DNA from: an uncultured Candidatus Saccharibacteria bacterium
Lineage (GTDB): Bacteria > Patescibacteriota > Dojkabacteria > SC72
Direction of reading: 5' to 3'
Length of the DNA stretch: 64,000 bases
NCBI GenBank assembly: GCA_964655705.1
Contig: CAZZPP010000004.1
Coordinates: 15,338 to 79,337 of the forward strand
Shown: one piece after another, positions 18,283-27,725 of the stretch
How the letters are laid out: every line of letters starts with the position of its first letter
Numbering within the stretch: the stretch's first letter is position 1
Program-made: the position numbers and the translations under genes
The notes under the pieces: generated by a model
Seen by the model: the letters and a program-made list of their open reading frames with translations, nothing else
The model's database searches: none
What the model was told of the DNA's origin: nothing

Positions 18283-19242
18283 CTACTTCTTCTTTAAAAT
18301 ATCCTTAAATATTTTGTCTGTTTTCTTTCTCTTACTCTCTTTAGATAGTTTCCATTTCTCATCTCTAAGTACCATATATGCTTCCTCTATCTTTTGTTTA
18401 GTTAACTTAATTAAGAAGTTCTTTCTCTCTAACTCTTTCTGTACCTGTTCTTCCCTCTTAAACATTTCATATATGCTATACAGAAATCCTACAAGTAGAA
18501 GTAAATAACTAATGAATTTTGCTAAAGTAGATAGGTTTAACATCAATTCATACTCAATATTTAAGTAAGGAAGAAAAAAGATTTGAGAAAGTATTGAAAA
18601 TACTAATGAGAATACAACCCAGAAATCAAAATTCCTGTAATACATACACTCATTTCTTGTATACCCCACTAACGTTCCTAAATACACCATCAACGCTATT
18701 GTTTGCATAGATATTGCAAACTGATATGATTCAAATCCTTCAAAAAAGGTAGTAAACGAAGTAATCGCTATTGTAAAGAAGGATATTGCCACCAGAAGAC
18801 CTAGAAAGGCAACCTTCTCTTTCCTCTCTCTTAACTTTTTCTCCTCTCTTAAAAATATCCAACTTAGAAGAAATATCCCAGAAAGGAATACCCTTGAGAG
18901 AACTATACTACTAGGAAACATCTGGGCATTGTCTAAGGCAAATAAATCAGAGAAATCTTCGAAAGAAAGCAATATATGAAAGCCATCAAGTATTGATACA
19001 GATATGAAACCTAAACCCAAAAAAAGATAGTTTAAATATGATTTCTTTGTATAGTACCGAACTATAGCGAGAATACCAATAAACATTGCAAATACGCTTG
19101 CAAAAAGATCAACAAGTAATTGAAAATCTCTCATCCACGAAAAATTACCAGAGATATATGCAAAAAGTAGAAAGAAGAATACAGAAAGCAGTATTACAAG
19201 TTCTTTTTCTCTTACCTGTTGTTTTGTAAATTTCTTTCTCAT
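18283..19242 (-). CDS. MASE3-like membrane sensor protein without output domain
   Basis: About 8 TMs, YLFLGLGFISVSILDGFH, then only a short coiled coil. Confidence 0.65.
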   Translation of the reverse strand: MRKKFTKQQVREKELVILLSVFFFLLFAYISGNFSWMRDFQLLVDLFASVFAMFIGILAIVRYYTKKSYLNYLFLGLGFISVSILDGFHILLSFEDFSDLFALDNAQMFPSSIVLSRVFLSGIFLLSWIFLREEKKLRERKEKVAFLGLLVAISFFTIAITSFTTFFEGFESYQFAISMQTIALMVYLGTLVGYTRNECMYYRNFDFWVVFSLVFSILSQIFFLPYLNIEYELMLNLSTLAKFISYLLLLVGFLYSIYEMFKREEQVQKELERKNFLIKLTKQKIEEAYMVLRDEKWKLSKESKRKKTDKIFKDILKKK

Positions 19243-19256
19243 TCTTAATAAATATA

Positions 19257-19799
19257 TTAATACATATACTTAGAAAATGAAATCTGTTCATTTCTCTCCG
19301 CATGGGGAGCACATACAGTTACTACTCCCTGGCCATCTTGAGATACATAGTAGCCTGTTCCGTTTACAGATACATAAAGTGGGTCACTAGGAATAATTAC
19401 TAATTGTTCTTGATTTTGTGATGTAAGAAATCCCATATTAACTAAATCTGTACAGTCATATGGTCCTGATTTACATATTTCATGAGTAAACTTAACACAG
19501 ATGTCGGAATTAGGTATATCAGAGGGAACACTTTCATTTGCACTAACATATGAACTAATATATGTAAGTATGGTAGATATATCTGCAGATCTTTTTAAAT
19601 TACGAGCTTGAGCAGCCTCTTTACTTGGATTAATTGCTAAAAGGGCTAAAAAGACTACTATACCTACTGCAGAGAGGATTAACATAATTTCAGTTATTTT
19701 TAACCTATTCTTATCTTCTCTTTTCTTTTTTTTAGATAAGGGTACTAGGTTAATTGTATCAGCACATAGATCAGATTCTCCCATATATACATAATACAT
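19257..19799 (-). CDS. Pilin-like protein (paralog of major pilin, non-canonical leader)
   Basis: EIMLIL...LAINPSK...ARNLKRSADISTIL...IPSDP...TGYYV aligns with the 5460 pilin. Confidence 0.75.
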   Translation of the reverse strand: MYYVYMGESDLCADTINLVPLSKKKKREDKNRLKITEIMLILSAVGIVVFLALLAINPSKEAAQARNLKRSADISTILTYISSYVSANESVPSDIPNSDICVKFTHEICKSGPYDCTDLVNMGFLTSQNQEQLVIIPSDPLYVSVNGTGYYVSQDGQGVVTVCAPHAERNEQISFSKYMY

Positions 19800-20081
19800 A
19801 AAATTTGATTAGTTTTGTATACTTAATAAGCATATACCTATAGCGTGATAATCAGAATACAATAGTAATCAGTGGGCTTAAAACGTTGCTAATACGATGG
19901 TTTGAGAGTTTTCCACATAGGCCTCGCAAAATGTGAGTAAAATACCCTGAATAATTGCTAGAATAAAAGAAGATGAATTCTTCTTAGATCAGAACCGATA
20001 CCTCTGGAACCTAATTAAGCGAAAAGATAGAGTAGAGCAAATTTGATATAATTTATTTAGATTAATTATGTAATATTTTAA

Positions 20082-20786
20082 TTGATGATGGACCTAAATC
20101 TTCTAAAACACGAACCCCAAGACAGGATCGAAAGCTCTTTTTCTATCTCAGAATATGATCACAAGAATATCTCAAAAGATCCCGCTTTGATTCTAAACAA
20201 TGCAAAAATTTGGGAAGATGACTGGAAATGTTATGCTCGGGATACAATAATTAAAGCTGTTGAAAATGAATTGGATCAGAGTGGTCTTTCTAGTAATGAA
20301 CAAATAAAAGCGTTAGTGGAAATGGGAGTAAAGATTGAAAAATTTAAAAGCTCTCCCCCTACCAAATCAATTAATATGTCTAATCGATTAAATAATTATC
20401 AAGAAAATGTTTACTCAATTGAGTCTAGATTAAAAAACGCCAAGATTGAATTATATAACAAACTTTTTCCAGATATTGTTAAAAAACAAAGGGTTGAAGT
20501 TCTTAAAAAATGGTTTAATCCTGATAGTGATAGAAAAGATGGAGAGTTTTATTGGGGCAGATTTACTATACAGGCAATTGAAGATTCAATAGATTTGAGA
20601 ATTCCATCAGAGGAAACAGTAAAAATGATTACTGATAAAATTCAATCTCTTTTTCCAGCAGGTATTAGTGCAAGGGTTTGTACTCAAATACCTGGATATG
20701 AAACAAATACTGAACAAAGAAACTGGAATAGTTATTCTAAACAAGAAAGAACCTTTCCAGTATTTATTTCTTATATTTTCGAATAG
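20082..20786 (+). CDS. Hypothetical protein
   Basis: 234-aa ORF with no recognised motif, convergent on tRNA-Ser(CGA). Confidence 0.6.
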   Translation: MMMDLNLLKHEPQDRIESSFSISEYDHKNISKDPALILNNAKIWEDDWKCYARDTIIKAVENELDQSGLSSNEQIKALVEMGVKIEKFKSSPPTKSINMSNRLNNYQENVYSIESRLKNAKIELYNKLFPDIVKKQRVEVLKKWFNPDSDRKDGEFYWGRFTIQAIEDSIDLRIPSEETVKMITDKIQSLFPAGISARVCTQIPGYETNTEQRNWNSYSKQERTFPVFISYIFE

Positions 20787-20816
20787 TACACAAATCTTGT
20801 TGGAACATGTAAAAAA

Positions 20817-20910
20817 TGGCGGAGAGGGTGGGATTCGAACCCACGATTCAGGAATACTCCCGAACAACACATTTCGAGTGTGCCCTATTCAACCACTCTA
20901 GCACCTCTCC
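20817..20910 (-). tRNA. tRNA-Ser(CGA)
   Basis: GGAGAGG acceptor, CT-CGA-AA loop, long variable arm, ends TCTCCGCCA. Confidence 0.95.
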
Positions 20911-20947
20911 ATTAATATATTTCTGGGAAATTATACATCAATATCTA

Positions 20948-21637
20948 TTAAATCTCTTCAAAAGGGATATATATACCATATGCAAGAGAATCTATCTTAC
21001 TCTGTTTCCTAATATCTTTATACAATATTTTATCTTGTAATAATACGAATATTGCATCCTTATCTGCACCATCTAAAAGTAATATTAAAGCCTTAGGAAG
21101 TCTTAACCTAGTTTCAACTATTAACATATACTGTCCGTTCTTAATTGAAAACCAGAAGTTATCAAACATATACCACTCATACAATTTATTACCAGTATCA
21201 ATTCCCCTACTAGTAATCTTATGTTTAACCTTTATGGGTTTATTTGTCCCTGCAACATATACAAAAAATGTTATTGCAATTACTGCAGCCATGAAGTAAT
21301 ACTCTCCTAGCAAGGCTAGATACAATATGAAGAGAAGAACAAGTACTAAAATTACCCAAAATGATTTAGACTGAATATCAAACATATACCTATCTAAGGT
21401 TTCCCATTCAAAAAGTTTAACATTTTGTACTACCTTTTTAGTTGGAATATCACCCTCTTCTAATACAATATCCTTTTGAGCTATCCTTCTCCTCTTCTCT
21501 GCCTTCTGTTTCTCTTTAGCCTCTTGTTTAAGTTTTTCGATTTTTTCATTTTTCTCCCTTAATTGCATCTCTCCTGAGAGGATATCTAATATATCTGTAA
21601 ACTCACTACCTATTCTTTTCTTCAAAGGTTTTTCCAT
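20948..21637 (-). CDS. Hypothetical membrane protein (2 TM plus PH-like C-terminal domain)
   Basis: LFEWET...TM-TM...ITSRGIDTGNKLYEW; start MEKPLK (21637) preferred. Confidence 0.65.
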   Translation of the reverse strand: MEKPLKKRIGSEFTDILDILSGEMQLREKNEKIEKLKQEAKEKQKAEKRRRIAQKDIVLEEGDIPTKKVVQNVKLFEWETLDRYMFDIQSKSFWVILVLVLLFILYLALLGEYYFMAAVIAITFFVYVAGTNKPIKVKHKITSRGIDTGNKLYEWYMFDNFWFSIKNGQYMLIVETRLRLPKALILLLDGADKDAIFVLLQDKILYKDIRKQSKIDSLAYGIYIPFEEI

Positions 21638-21648
21638 ATGTATTGATA

Positions 21649-22047
21649 TCATATAACAAAGGAGGCAAGTATAACAACCATTAATATACCTAACCCCCAA
21701 TATATATTAAGTATATGGAAGAAATTAAGTAATACTACTAAGAATATACCTAAACTAAAAAATATCCCCCATTTTATACAAATTATCTTTAACTCCCTAC
21801 ACTCTTCCTTTTTCAATATTACACGAAGTAAGAAATACGAGATTAAAGAAGAAAGTGAAGAAATGGAAAGAAAGAGAAGTATACCTAATGTAAATATGTT
21901 TAACCATATATACTCTCCACTCTCATATATAGGTGTAAAGCTCTTTAAAGAGAATAAGTATAACAAAATGGAAACAGTAAATAGAAAAAGAAAGAGAAGT
22001 ATAGAAACAAATTTAAGATTTTTCAAACTATAAGTTTTTGAATCCAT
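21649..22047 (-). CDS. Hypothetical membrane protein (4 TM)
   Basis: Hydrophobic ORF co-oriented with neighbour. Confidence 0.6.
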   Translation of the reverse strand: MDSKTYSLKNLKFVSILLFLFLFTVSILLYLFSLKSFTPIYESGEYIWLNIFTLGILLFLSISSLSSLISYFLLRVILKKEECRELKIICIKWGIFFSLGIFLVVLLNFFHILNIYWGLGILMVVILASFVI

Positions 22048-22091
22048 TCTATTTAGTAATATTCTTTAAAATTAATTTTATACATTCATCT

Positions 22092-22769
22092 ATGAATATC
22101 TTAATTATAGAGAAATCTAAGACTATTTCCCATATCCTGAAAAGTACCTTACTTGCATATGGATATAATGTTACTCAGGATAGTGCTGATTTTGGTAGTG
22201 AGAGTCTTGTTTCCAGAGATCTTTTTGAAATAATAATATTAGATACTAATCTTACTGGTAAACATTGCACATTGGATATATTGGGAGTAGTTAAGGGTAA
22301 AAAGATTCTAAAAAGTAAAGTGTTGGGTATCTGTAGTATAGGTACATGGAAGGATAAAGTAAACTTTTTAAATAATGGTGGTGATGATGTACTTTCTTAC
22401 CCATTCCCTGTTCAAGAATTAATAGCTAGAATACAATCTCTTCTAAGAAGACCTATGAACTATGTAGATAATAGAATGTATATTGGAGATATATTACTTG
22501 ATACTAATAGTAAGACTGTTTCTGTTAAAAATAGTGATATTGATTTAAGGAAGAAAGAGTATCAACTATTTGAATACCTTGTTAGAAATAGAAATAGAAC
22601 TATAAGTAGGTGTGAACTTTTAGACCATGTTTGGGATTACAGGAGCTATACAGGTTCCAATACAATAGATGTACACATCAAGAGATTAAGAGAGAAATTA
22701 CCTAAGAAAGGTCTGATAGAGACAGTACATGGCAGAGGATATAGAGTTAAAGACTCTAAAGCATCATAG
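22092..22769 (+). CDS. OmpR/PhoB-family response regulator with atypical receiver
   Basis: MNILIIE start; ELIARIQSLLRR; KEYQLFEYL...NTIDVHIKRLREKL...IETVHGRGY wHTH. Confidence 0.88.
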   Translation: MNILIIEKSKTISHILKSTLLAYGYNVTQDSADFGSESLVSRDLFEIIILDTNLTGKHCTLDILGVVKGKKILKSKVLGICSIGTWKDKVNFLNNGGDDVLSYPFPVQELIARIQSLLRRPMNYVDNRMYIGDILLDTNSKTVSVKNSDIDLRKKEYQLFEYLVRNRNRTISRCELLDHVWDYRSYTGSNTIDVHIKRLREKLPKKGLIETVHGRGYRVKDSKAS

Positions 22770-23877
22770 GCATAACAAGATGAACAAAGTCTGGATCTTG
22801 AACTATCTTAAATACTCCTGGTTTTACTGTTTCTGAACATTCAAAAGATATTTCTTCAGAATCAATATGATTGAGTATATCTGTAAGAAGTCTAGAACTA
22901 AAAGCAATCTTAAGATTATCTCCATCTATATTACCTTCAAAGGTACTCTTGTTACTTCCTAAATCCGTCTGTGTAGCAGAGAGTATAATTTTATTACTCT
23001 TACTATCAATATCCAGAATCAACTTATTTCCTAATACACTCTTTGCAATAATATTGGTTACCTTCAAAGAATTAAGAAAATCTGTTTTAGATACCTTACA
23101 CATAGTTTTGTACCCAGTAGGAATTATCTGTCTATACTCAGGAAACTGTCCATCAATCAATCTAGAAACTAAATCAACATCACTGTATCTAAAAAGGACC
23201 TGATTCTTGTCCTCTATCAAATATACCTCAATATCTTCATCTTCACCTACCTCTGTAACAATATGTGAAAGTTCTAATAGCGCTTTAACAGGTATTAAAA
23301 TATTTATATCCTTTTCAGCACTTGCCTGTAATTTAATAATCTGTCTAGATAGCCTTAATCCATCTGTACCTACAAATGAAATATCTTCCCCATTTACTTC
23401 TAAAAGAACACCTGTTAATACTGGCTTAATATCATCTGTAGCACTTGCAAATGCAACCCTATTTACTGCCTTTACTAGATTCTCTTTAGATATCTTCAAC
23501 AAAGGTTTTTTGTCTGTAACTAAAGCTACAGAAGGGAACTCCTCTGCAGACATAGTATTAAAATTTGCAGAGTTATTTTTAGTAGATATATTAAATGTCT
23601 GATTCTCTAAAGTAGCATCTACTGTATCAGTAGGAATGGATGTAACAAACTCTGTTAACTGTTTAGCAGGTACAGTAGTTTTACCCTCTGATTTAACATC
23701 TGCCCCTATCCATGTATTAATACCTATTTCTAGATCAGTAGCAGTCATTATTAATTTACCCTTACTTGTTTCAAATTGGACATTATTGAGTATAGGTAAA
23801 CCTGGTTTACTACTTACTACCCTACTAATTATATTTAGATACTTTGCCAATGTATCTTGGTTACATGAGAATTGCAT
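22756..23877 (-). CDS. dnaN: DNA polymerase III beta clamp
   Basis: LPILNNV, ATDLEIGI, GTDGLRL, RLIDGQFPEY, LVMPM. Confidence 0.97.
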   Translation of the reverse strand: MQFSCNQDTLAKYLNIISRVVSSKPGLPILNNVQFETSKGKLIMTATDLEIGINTWIGADVKSEGKTTVPAKQLTEFVTSIPTDTVDATLENQTFNISTKNNSANFNTMSAEEFPSVALVTDKKPLLKISKENLVKAVNRVAFASATDDIKPVLTGVLLEVNGEDISFVGTDGLRLSRQIIKLQASAEKDINILIPVKALLELSHIVTEVGEDEDIEVYLIEDKNQVLFRYSDVDLVSRLIDGQFPEYRQIIPTGYKTMCKVSKTDFLNSLKVTNIIAKSVLGNKLILDIDSKSNKIILSATQTDLGSNKSTFEGNIDGDNLKIAFSSRLLTDILNHIDSEEISFECSETVKPGVFKIVQDPDFVHLVMPMML

Positions 23878-24288
23878 TGTCTTTTTAAAATAATATTATG
23901 TACTTTGGCAGTATACCTATATTCTACTTAATATTGGATTTCTTTTCTACTGTTTTAATATTTAAATATATATAGTTGTCATAGTAGTAGAGAGTATGGA
24001 TAAGTCAGTAACTTTTTAAAGACATCTCTATTTCAATCTCTTTCTAGATTATTTACCTGTTAATAACTGTGTGAGATATTTTGGGTTAAAATTGTATTAA
24101 TAATATTTTAATTAAAGAGTATCTATTAATTATCTAGTAATGTGTAAAATTTTTAATTAAATGTGGAGTGATGTGTATATACCCTACTGGGTAAACGTTG
24201 ATGTAGAGAGACGGTCTCTCTATGGCAACCTTTTTACATGTGTATTAATGAACAAGTTATTAGATATTACTCCACAATGATATCCACA
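23878..24288. other. Replication origin oriC (dnaA-dnaN intergenic region)
   Basis: DnaA-box-like TTATCCATA (23995-24003, minus), ATATCCACA (24280-24288), TACTCCACA (24268-24276); TAG-type trios 23973-23990; AT-rich tract. Confidence 0.8.
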
Positions 24289-25761
24289 TTAGTAGAAGAG
24301 TTGTCCCCTACACTTCTCTACTCTCTCAGCTAATGTACTATCATTTTTAATTTTCTCAGGAATAACCTCACAGGCATACATTACTGTAGTATGATCTTTC
24401 TTGCCTAAAATATCAGCAATAGTAAGTAATGAAAGTTCTAGTTCAGTCCTTAATATATACATAGCTATCTGCCTCGCTAGTGCTATCTCATTAGTTCTTC
24501 TAGATCCCTTCATCACCTTTACAGGGACATCAAAAACATCAGAAACAATATCTAAAACTTTCTGAGGAGATACCCTCTTTCTTTTACTCTCAATATCTAC
24601 CTGTAATATTCTTGCTACCTCCTCATATGAAGGAACCTGACCTAATTTTGTTAATGTAATTACTTTGTTTAAAGCTCCTTCCAATTCTCTTACACTACTT
24701 TCAATATTTTTAGCAATTAAATCAAGGAATGCATCTGGAATGGTAATATTTTTTTCTAACATAATCTGTTTTAATATTGCAGACCTAGTTTCATAGTCAG
24801 GAGGAGTAATATCACAAACCATACCACCCTCAAATCTAGTTCTAAGTCTATCTGTAATATTCTTAATATCTCTTGGAGCCCTATCTGAAGCCAATATTAT
24901 CTGTTTATTCGCTTGATACAAAGTATTAAAGGTATGGAAGAGTTCTTCCTGAGTTTTAGGATAGGTCTCTACAAATTGTATATCATCAATAATTAAGAGA
25001 TCTACCTCTCTATACTTACTCCTAAAATCCTCATTCTTTCTTGTTCTAATAGCCTCAATCATCTCATTAAGAAACTGCTCAATAGATACATATACAACCT
25101 TTCTACTAGGATTAATTCTTAATACCTCATTACCAATTGCTTGCATGAGGTGAGTTTTACCTACACCAGTACTACCATAGTAAAATACAGGGTTGTAAGA
25201 CTTAGTCATATGATCATTCTCAATATCAGAAACTACAGATTGTCCTACAGCCTCTGCTAATCGGTTATTAGCTCCTACAACAAAATTCTTAAATGTATAT
25301 CTAGGATTTAAGCTCGCTTTCTTAACAGCCTCTTCATATTTCTTTTTGTCTCCTTCCATTTTAGTAAAGAGGTCTACAACGGGGTTACCTGTATTACTAA
25401 CAAACTTGTATCTCTCTTTAGGTTTTTTAGATATACCTGATTTAACAACAATTTCAATTTGTAAATTTTGACCAGTTGCTTTCTTAAGACAACTCTGGAG
25501 AAACTTACTGTAATCTTTCAATATTGTTTCTCTCTTAAAATCATTAGAACAGGATATTGTAGCTACTCCATTTTGTACTCTCTCTAAATAGCTATCTGCA
25601 AACCAAGAATCATACTCCACCCTATCAAGAACCATTCTTAAATTCTCTATTACAATCTTCCATATATCTTCTAGATCCATTTCCTCAGTACTACTCTCTA
25701 TGTTAGATATGGTTGGCTTAGTAAGGGTATCAGTATATTGTTCAAAGTCAATTTTATCCAT
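24289..25761 (-). CDS. dnaA: Chromosomal replication initiator
   Basis: LNPRYTFKNFVVG, YGSTGVGKTHL, LLIIDDIQF, QEELFHTFN, RELEGAL, KDHTTVMYA. Confidence 0.98.
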   Translation of the reverse strand: MDKIDFEQYTDTLTKPTISNIESSTEEMDLEDIWKIVIENLRMVLDRVEYDSWFADSYLERVQNGVATISCSNDFKRETILKDYSKFLQSCLKKATGQNLQIEIVVKSGISKKPKERYKFVSNTGNPVVDLFTKMEGDKKKYEEAVKKASLNPRYTFKNFVVGANNRLAEAVGQSVVSDIENDHMTKSYNPVFYYGSTGVGKTHLMQAIGNEVLRINPSRKVVYVSIEQFLNEMIEAIRTRKNEDFRSKYREVDLLIIDDIQFVETYPKTQEELFHTFNTLYQANKQIILASDRAPRDIKNITDRLRTRFEGGMVCDITPPDYETRSAILKQIMLEKNITIPDAFLDLIAKNIESSVRELEGALNKVITLTKLGQVPSYEEVARILQVDIESKRKRVSPQKVLDIVSDVFDVPVKVMKGSRRTNEIALARQIAMYILRTELELSLLTIADILGKKDHTTVMYACEVIPEKIKNDSTLAERVEKCRGQLFY

Positions 25762-25856
25762 ACTTTATTAAGTATCTAGTTATTAATTAATATTACTTGG
25801 GGGCAGTCAATGGTCGATTGGGACTAATACTCCTATTATATGAATTTCTGTAAAAA

Positions 25857-25865
25857 TGTGGATAA
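25857..25865 (-). promoter_or_regulatory. Perfect DnaA box over the predicted dnaA -35
   Basis: TGTGGATAA (=TTATCCACA) 16 nt from a minus-strand TATAAT (25835-25840); consistent with autoregulation. Confidence 0.7.
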
Positions 25866-25983
25866 GATTTGTAGAAAGTGTTTAAAGAGTAGATATTAAG
25901 AGACTTTTTTTTCTTCTCTTCTGTGTCTATTCCTCGTAGAGGATATGGGAAGAAAAATTCATTTCCTACTTACTACCATTTAT

Positions 25984-26012
25984 TTGCCATAAGGGAACAA
26001 GTTAGATATAAT
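25984..26012 (+). promoter_or_regulatory. Sigma70 promoter of rpmH
   Basis: TTGCCA-N17-TATAAT. Confidence 0.7.
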
Positions 26013-26039
26013 AGGTCTGCTTTTATATAGATTAAAAAT

Positions 26040-26222
26040 ATGAAAAGAACATATCAACCTAAAAATTTAAAAAGATTAAGAAAGTTTGGATTCAGAGCAA
26101 GGAATAAAAATGGAAGTGGTAAACGAGTATTAAAAAGAAGAAGAACCAAAGGAAGAAAATTTCTAACAGTAAGTAATGAGTACAAATTAAAAAGAAAAAG
26201 ACCGCTAGATAGAGCCAGATAG
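26040..26222 (+). CDS. rpmH: 50S ribosomal protein bL34 (C-terminally extended)
   Basis: MKRTYQP...FGFRAR...[14 protein letters not shown]. Confidence 0.95.
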   Translation: MKRTYQPKNLKRLRKFGFRARNKNGSGKRVLKRRRTKGRKFLTVSNEYKLKRKRPLDRAR

Positions 26223-26235
26223 TGTATACTTAAAT

Positions 26236-26586
26236 ATGCTTCCCAGAAAGAACAGATTAACTAAGAGCCAATTCCAAAATTTTGGTAAACAATCTCAAAA
26301 ATACCGAGGAGAATACGGAATGTTAATACTTGATACACACTCTGATAACAATACTCGTTTTGGTTTCATTGTAAGTAAAAAGATTGGTAATGCAGTGCAT
26401 AGGCATAGAATGACAAGAGTATTAAGAGAGATATTAAGAAAATATATTTTAAACATTTCTAATGTAAAAGGGATATATATAGCGTATAAATATTGTGATA
26501 ACTATGAAGAGTTGGAAAAAGAAATTGATTTACATTTTAAAAATGCCTCTAGAGATTTTAAAATGGATAGAGTTAAAAATAATTAG
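26236..26586 (+). CDS. rnpA: RNase P protein component
   Basis: MLPRKNRL, RFGFIVSKKIGNAVHRHR; synteny. Confidence 0.92.
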   Translation: MLPRKNRLTKSQFQNFGKQSQKYRGEYGMLILDTHSDNNTRFGFIVSKKIGNAVHRHRMTRVLREILRKYILNISNVKGIYIAYKYCDNYEELEKEIDLHFKNASRDFKMDRVKNN

Positions 26587-26803
26587 GATATATCAGAATA
26601 CCCTTTCATTGGATCACGGTTTAATGGGAAAGATATACCCTAATTTAAGAGCTTGTAAGTTTACTCCTACCTGCTCTGAGTATGGATATGGAGTAATAGA
26701 AAAGTTTGGAATATTTAAAGGTAACTATTTAGCCCTTAAAAGATTTTTAAGATGTAACCCTTGGACTCAAGCAGGACAGTATGACCCTATTCCTGAAAAA
26801 TAG
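26543..26803 (+). CDS. yidD: Membrane protein insertion efficiency factor
   Basis: YQNTLS, CKFTPTCSEY, RFLRCNPW, YDPIP; ATG 26543 preferred. Confidence 0.9.
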   Translation: MPLEILKWIELKIIRIYQNTLSLDHGLMGKIYPNLRACKFTPTCSEYGYGVIEKFGIFKGNYLALKRFLRCNPWTQAGQYDPIPEK

Positions 26804-26853
26804 ATAAGGATAGTGTATAATGCTTTAGATTTTTAATATTTCTCTTTAATAAT

Positions 26854-27708
26854 ATGTTTGCAACAATTTGGAATACACTGTTTTTTAATCCATTGCTAAA
26901 TCTCTTGATTCTTTTCTATGATCTTTTTGGAAATAGTTTAGGCTTAGCCATATTGGGTATTGCCGTTATAGGGAGAGTTGTAATGATTCCATTGGTTAAA
27001 AAACAAACTAATATGACTAAGAAAATGTCATCTCTTAAACCAGAATTAGACAAGTTACAGAAGAAATATGCAAATAACAAAGAGAAACTTTCACAAGAGC
27101 AAATAAAACTATATAAAAAAGTTGGGTATAACCCACTTGGATGTATAGGTACTTTCATACCTCAACTAATTATACTCTCCGCCCTTATTGGTGTAATCAG
27201 AAAGGTAACAGAGAGTGGTCTAGACGGTCTTACTTTGTACCAATGGGTAGAGAATTTAACTGGGCTTTCTCAGGCAACTAGTATTACTAAAGACTTCCTT
27301 TTTTGGGATTTAACTAAGTCATATAGTGAGGTGTCAAATGCTACTAGCAAGTTTGCGGTAGAAGCACTTCCCTATCTAGGTCTTTCAGTTCTAGTTGGTA
27401 TTATTCAGTATTTCACTACGCTCTTTACTCAGAAAATGCAGGATGTAAACAAACCTAAAGAGGTTAGCAAAGAGAAGAAAAAGTCAGAGAAGGAGCCTTT
27501 AGAATCAATGCAAGCAGGTATGCAGAAATCAACAATGCTACTCTTACCTTTAATGACTATGATATTTACCCTTCGTTATCCTGCTGCTTTAGGTTGGTAT
27601 TGGATGCTCCAGTCTCTGTTGTTAGTAGTTCAATATATTACTTTTGATTTTAACAAGACTAAAAAGGGTGTCCAAAACCTTTTAGATGTTCTTCATAAAA
27701 AGAAATAA
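26854..27708 (+). CDS. yidC: Membrane protein insertase YidC (short form)
   Basis: LKPELDKLQKKY...EQIKLYKKVGYNPLGC, PAALGWYW. Confidence 0.92.
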   Translation: MFATIWNTLFFNPLLNLLILFYDLFGNSLGLAILGIAVIGRVVMIPLVKKQTNMTKKMSSLKPELDKLQKKYANNKEKLSQEQIKLYKKVGYNPLGCIGTFIPQLIILSALIGVIRKVTESGLDGLTLYQWVENLTGLSQATSITKDFLFWDLTKSYSEVSNATSKFAVEALPYLGLSVLVGIIQYFTTLFTQKMQDVNKPKEVSKEKKKSEKEPLESMQAGMQKSTMLLLPLMTMIFTLRYPAALGWYWMLQSLLLVVQYITFDFNKTKKGVQNLLDVLHKKK

Positions 27709-27725
27709 TTTAAACATATATTAAT

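Noticed and set aside
20607-21040. Short ORFs such as MAERVGFEPT... overlapping tRNA-Ser(CGA), and similar ones at 28109-28562
   Set aside because: They are translations of tRNA sequence.
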